From: Podarcis filfolensis | Taxonomy: Eukaryota | Assembly: GCA_964270895.1 (NCBI GenBank) | Contig: OZ185453.1 | Reading direction: 5' to 3' (one strand) | Length of the DNA: 64,000 bases | In this document: positions 61,020-64,000 of the stretch, in pieces | How the letters are laid out: every line of letters starts with the position of its first letter | Numbering within the stretch: the stretch's first letter is position 1 | The notes under the pieces: model-generated | Told to the model about the DNA's origin: nothing | Seen by the model: only the letters and a program-made list of their open reading frames with translations | Database searches by the model: none | Made by a program: the position numbers and the translations under genes

Positions 61020-62074
61020 TATGCAGTTTTTTATCTCTGAATTTATGATTATGATTATCATTATTAATGCATTTGTTTCAATGGGCACTTTGAACTTTAA
61101 AAATAAACAACCACATTTGGTCAAGAGCACAAAGAACAAAGCTATAGAAGTACCAGACGTCCATGTCTTGGCATTGGAAAAGTGGTGTCAAAAAAAGTAA
61201 CTTGGATCTTCTGAAAGGCACAACTGACTGCAGCAGCCGAGTCGTTTAGCATTCCCCACACCTTGCTGCATTCCCTTTCTCATTTTCTGCTAAAGGGGTT
61301 CATACTGGATTAGATCTAAACCTAAGCATGATAAAGCTTTTCATCTTCTGAACAGACTATTTTAAAAGAAGTTCCATCAGATTCAATATAATTCTGCTAA
61401 CTGGCATTTCCTTTAGTATCACTCATACCTTCCTCCTTTTGACATAAGTCTTCCACAACCTTGAAAACAGAAAGATTAATTCTTATCACTTGGGGAATTA
61501 GATTAACCATTTGGGTACGTTGGGCCCTAGGTCATGTGATGGGAGGGATGACTGGCTGCCTTGCATTTATTTATCTCCAAATTTGTAAACCACTCTACAT
61601 TAAAAAGAAATACCCAGGCAGTGTATAAAAATAGTACAGAGTAGTGTAGAAAAAGCACAGTGTGGCATTATACAGATTAAAAAAAAAAAAGGCAAGGCAC
61701 ATCATCAGCCCCATTGCCTGACCCAGGGGCATTTGTAGCCCCACTTTCCAATGTGAGCAGAAGCAGTCACACTTACCAGGAGCTATTAACTCTTTAAGGA
61801 AATCAGGGGGGAAGCTTTAAAGTGCAGCAGCAGCTGCTCTGAGCAGCTGTTAACTAAAGAAAGAAGAAGAAGGTTAGAAGTCAGTCCTTGGGCGACCTTG
61901 TAAAGTAAGTCATTTTATTGAGGGAGTGGCTGTGTATGAATTTCATGCAGATGAGCATTGAACAGCTAAAATATTTTGTTGCCTGTGCTATCCCATATCA
62001 GTAACAGAATCTCAAATAATGCAGATAATTGTAATCTGAAGAATTTCCGTATTTTTTTTTTTATATATAAATAG

Positions 62075-62167
62075 GTGGAGTTTGAAGATGGTTCTCAGAT
62101 AGCAACGAAAAGGGAAGAAATCTACACTCTGGATGAAGAACTGCCCAAAAGAGTGCGGGCTCGATTT
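62075..62167 (+). CDS. KDM4C: KDM4C internal coding exon (93 nt), [31 protein letters not shown] (end of double Tudor)
   Basis: T-rich tract with atAG acceptor and donor GTAAGT at 62168, 31 codons. It matches the KDM4 motif VEFEDGSQ...[12 protein letters not shown]. The final exon lies beyond the window. Confidence 0.97.
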
Positions 62168-62678
62168 GTAAGTACCGACAAACACATTGAAATTGGGGCA
62201 AAATGCCACAAGTTGATGATTGGATTTCTGTATCATCCTCACCGCTTTTATAAAGATTTAGTGCTTATGCGTTTCTTTTACAATTGCCCCATGGCGTCTT
62301 GTCAGATGTTGAAGATCAAGCCTTATCCAGCCTGCAAACATCATTTCCCTAGATCCCTGGATGCTATTATATGGCAGCTTGTCACAAGCCGGTCATTCCG
62401 GTGAAAGCAGGAAGAACTCACCCACCCCAGAAAACAACCTTGATGTTGCTTCCCTCTTCCACATTATTCATGTGTGCTCCCTACTTGCCTGGTCAGAGGC
62501 AGTAGTGCTTCTGAATACCATTTCCTGGAAACTGCAGGAGGAGCAAGTGCCCTTGTTCTCAAATCATGCTCGAAGGCTTTCAACAGACATCTTGGGTGGG
62601 CACTGTGAAAACAGAATGCTGGACCAAATCCACTGATCCAATCCATCACACCCTTTCTTCATTCTTATGCTCCACACT

Positions 62679-62929
62679 GGGAGCCAGTGTGGCGTAGTGG
62701 TTAAGAGCAGTGGACTCGTAATCTGGTGAACCGGGTTCGCGTCTCCGCTCCTCCACATGCAGCTGCTGGGTGACCTTGGGCTAGTCACACTTCTCTGAAG
62801 TCTCTCAGCCTCACTCACCTCACAGAGTGTTTGTTGTGGGGGAGGAAGGGAAAGGAGAATGTTAGCCGCTTTGAGACTCCTTCGGGTAGTGATAAAGCGG
62901 GATATCAAATCCAAACTCTTCTTCTTCTT
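62679..62929 (+). mobile_element. tRNA-derived SINE with (CTT)n tail (Squam3-type)
   Basis: Nearly identical to 56552-56807. Confidence 0.88.
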
Positions 62930-63059
62930 AGAAGTTCCAGTTGTAGAACTACAGGGTTTAGTTTCTTTTGACTATGAGAGCACTGGAGACTTACAGTGTC
63001 TTTCTAATGTTCACTTTATTTGCAAATATATGAGCAGGGTGGAAGCACTCTGTCGTGTA

Positions 63060-63900
63060 TAACTTTTATTAAATTTTCTGTTGTACAATTTAGAATATTC
63101 ATTTAAACAACCTTAAAATGTCAGTGACTTCCCTTCTTCTCTTTCCATGGTTCACTTTGCATATCATAAATCCCCACACATTTTACATAAACTATACTGT
63201 TCAGTATTCCATTATTACATCCATCAAAACTTGTTTACACTGTTGAGTTTATCTTAATGCTGCCAACATTTTCAAGTGTACACAATTCCCCCCCATATAT
63301 TCAATAAATATTTTCCAATCTTCTTTAAACGTACGTTCTTCTTGTTCTCTTATTCTATATGTTAGGTCCGCAAGCTGTGCATATTCCATAAGTTTAAGTT
63401 GCCATTCTTCTTTAGTTGGGACTTCGCTTGTTTTCCATTTTTGGGCTAACAAAACACGGGCCGCAGTAGTGGCATAGATAAATAACCTTTTTTTGACACC
63501 TGCGAATTTCCATCTAAATTATCCCCAACAAAATTATCCCCCAACAAAAATGGACTCTGTTGTGTTTTTTAGGAAAAGTACTTTAAAACATTTTTTTCAA
63601 TTCATTATTAATTATTTCCCAATACTCTTTTACCCCTTTACAGGTCCACCACATATGAAAGAACGTACCCTCAACCTCATTGCATCTCCAGCACTTATCT
63701 GATTTAGCCTTGTACATAGCAAGCCTACTCGGAGTTAAATAGAGTGAAAGCATTCTGTATCAGGCAGCTGCAAATTTCCTTACCCCTGAGTCAGATTCCC
63801 AGATGATACCTGCTGTAGCCTCTCTACGGTTCCACCCCAAAATCACAGCTAAACTCTCTTCTCTATCTCTCTATTTGTCTACATTCAAACTACAAGCTAC
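63060..63900 (-). mobile_element. L1-clade LINE ORF2 3' fragment
   Basis: The minus strand encodes degenerate YRML.LYLTPSRL...KCWRCNEVEGTFFHMWWTC (L1 CCHC knuckle) and ...LAQKWK....EEW...L......FKEDWK.FIEY, followed by 3' UTR. Confidence 0.85.
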
Positions 63901-64000
63901 CTTCTTTTCATTGACTTGTCATGTCACTTGAAACTATTGTTAAAACTACGTTTTGGTTTAAATGTGAATATGCAGCATGCTGATGCATCATGCTTCGCTC

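Noticed and set aside
62075-62404. 109-aa ORF as one coding unit (likewise 36662-36895 and 11662-11937)
   Set aside because: Only the part between the AG and GT sites matches KDM4C. The remainder is read-through into intron.

Overview
Eukaryotic genomic DNA, almost certainly from a squamate reptile and probably a lacertid lizard, judged from its Sauria/Squam-type SINEs and its L2, CR1, RTE and L1 repeats. The window holds six internal coding exons of the histone demethylase KDM4C on the + strand: 5398-5453, 11754-11862, 36689-36874, 43325-43495, 57172-57291 and 62075-62167. They encode the PHD/zinc-knuckle/PHD region and the double Tudor domain, and the gene starts and ends outside the window. 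The introns are dense in SINEs, LINE fragments and hAT and Tc1/mariner MITEs, several with readable target-site duplications (TSDs). Most notable are: (1) a SEC11A processed pseudogene with a 13-bp TSD, lying about 100 bp from an isolated, frame-intact copy of a WDR20 internal exon that keeps its GT donor; (2) a TA-flanked MITE family carrying an expandable, CpG-rich 99-bp double-hairpin tandem array; (3) a ~190-bp direct duplication bracketing one KDM4C exon; (4) a composite DNA transposon carrying a captured L2 3' tail. Most long ORFs in the supplied track are repeat artefacts. Gene and repeat family names come from my recollection of sequences, not from database searches.
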